A stretch of 64,000 bases of DNA, taken from contig CBDFJQ010000002.1 in the NCBI GenBank assembly GCA_965248575.1, positions 672,001-736,000 on the forward strand, read 5' to 3'. Below are positions 63,103-64,000 of this stretch, in pieces. Position numbers and translations under genes: made by a program. The notes under the pieces were generated by a model that was not told the DNA's origin, searched no databases, and was given only the letters and a program-made list of their open reading frames with translations. The DNA comes from Planctomycetota bacterium. Its GTDB lineage: Bacteria > Planctomycetota > B15-G4. Position 1 is the first letter of the stretch. Each line of letters begins with the position of its first letter.

Positions 63103-64000
63103 ACTCAAGAGCAGATCCCAGGTCAGTTTCCAGGTCAAAGCGAGGGTTCACCCTCGTGGAGGTCCTGGCCGCCACGGCCCTCTTCGCCGTGCTGGGGCTC
63201 ATGCTCTTTCAACTGGTCCAAGGAGCACTGGAGATCCAGGGGCGTGGTGAACGGCTGGCCGAGATGGAGGAGCGGGCCGACGCCGTCCTGGACCTGATGG
63301 CCACGGACCTCGCCCACGTGTGGTCGGGTCGCCGAGACAGTGCCGAGCAGGACGCGCGTTTCCTGTGCGGTGTGCGCAGCGCCAGCAGGGGGCTTCCCGG
63401 GGCTGACGGGGGCAAAGCGGGATCAGCTGCTCGGCCTGAGGGCGCGGTTCAGGCGACTGTCTTGCGTTTCTCCCGGCTGCTGCACGAGGCGCGTTCCCTG
63501 GAGTGGTTGCGTCAGGCGGGAGACCGACCGGCGGCCGAAGGAGTGGCGACGCTGCTCACCCAGCAGGACCCCATGACACTGGCGCCCACGGGCGGCTTGG
63601 CGGAGTCGCTGTACACCACGACTCAGCTGCAGGGTGACGTTCTCCCCAGCCTCGTGAGACGAGTCCGATCGCCGCTCGGAGGGGAGCAGTCCCTGCTCCG
63701 GCCGGCGCTCCCGGAGCAAGAAGATCGACTGCTGAAGGACCACCTCCCGTTGACGTCGGGGGTGCTGTATTTCGGTGTCCACTGCTGGGCGCCCGACACC
63801 CAAGCCTGGGATGCAGGCGAGCAGGGAGCTGCCGGCCCGACGATTGCCTTGACCCACTGGGACTCGACCCGCGCGCTGATTCCTGCGGGGCACCCGTCCT
63901 TCCCCTACGGTGTCGGCCCCCAGTCTCTCTGGGATGCGCGCGACGACGTCTTTCCGCGCCAGGTGCGCCTGAGTCTCGTGCTCGAGCCCTTCGTGGCCGG
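63099..64000 (+). CDS. Minor pseudopilin (GspJ/PilW-like), truncated by the window end
   Basis: Manual translation MNSRADPRSVSRSKRG|FTLVEVLAATALFAVLGLML...; ATGA overlap with the previous gene. Confidence 0.82.
   Translation, partial: MNSRADPRSVSRSKRGFTLVEVLAATALFAVLGLMLFQLVQGALEIQGRGERLAEMEERADAVLDLMATDLAHVWSGRRDSAEQDARFLCGVRSASRGLPGADGGKAGSAARPEGAVQATVLRFSRLLHEARSLEWLRQAGDRPAAEGVATLLTQQDPMTLAPTGGLAESLYTTTQLQGDVLPSLVRRVRSPLGGEQSLLRPALPEQEDRLLKDHLPLTSGVLYFGVHCWAPDTQAWDAGEQGAAGPTIALTHWDSTRALIPAGHPSFPYGVGPQSLWDARDDVFPRQVRLSLVLEPFVA

Overview
High-GC bacterial chromosomal window. The gene styles (PilM-PilN fusion, orphan N-methyl pilin, ECF sigma/anti-sigma, double-length UvrA) suggest a Planctomycetota-like organism; this taxonomy is inference only. 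Left to right: a partial SulP transporter and an orphan pilin; a cold-shock/translation region (csp, two DEAD-box helicases, yciH/SUI1, two small Lys/Arg/Glu-rich ORFs) that brackets an SDR and a divergent carbamoyltransferase / DUF5989-like / diiron-SxtJ-like fusion / radical SAM / SGNH cluster; a frameshifted lipase-maturation-factor gene; a methyltransferase; a double-length UvrA-like gene divergent from a VOC gene; a ~10.6 kb integrase-less island bounded by tRNA-Arg(TCT) and a 32-bp copy of its 3' end, carrying three tandem paralogous surface proteins, an ECF sigma/anti-sigma pair and a vWA protein; a beta-helix protein; two O-antigen-ligase-like genes around purD-fur-feoAB; a 400-bp intergenic element made of two inverted structured units; ftsY-nusB-ribH; modABC; atoE; and the start of a type IV pilus/T2SS-like operon with a 1730-aa GspK/PilX-like protein. 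The best candidates for undescribed biology are the carbamoyltransferase-diiron-radical SAM cluster, the tRNA-Arg island, the inverted-repeat element and the giant minor pilin. All family assignments come from motif recognition by eye; no searches were run.
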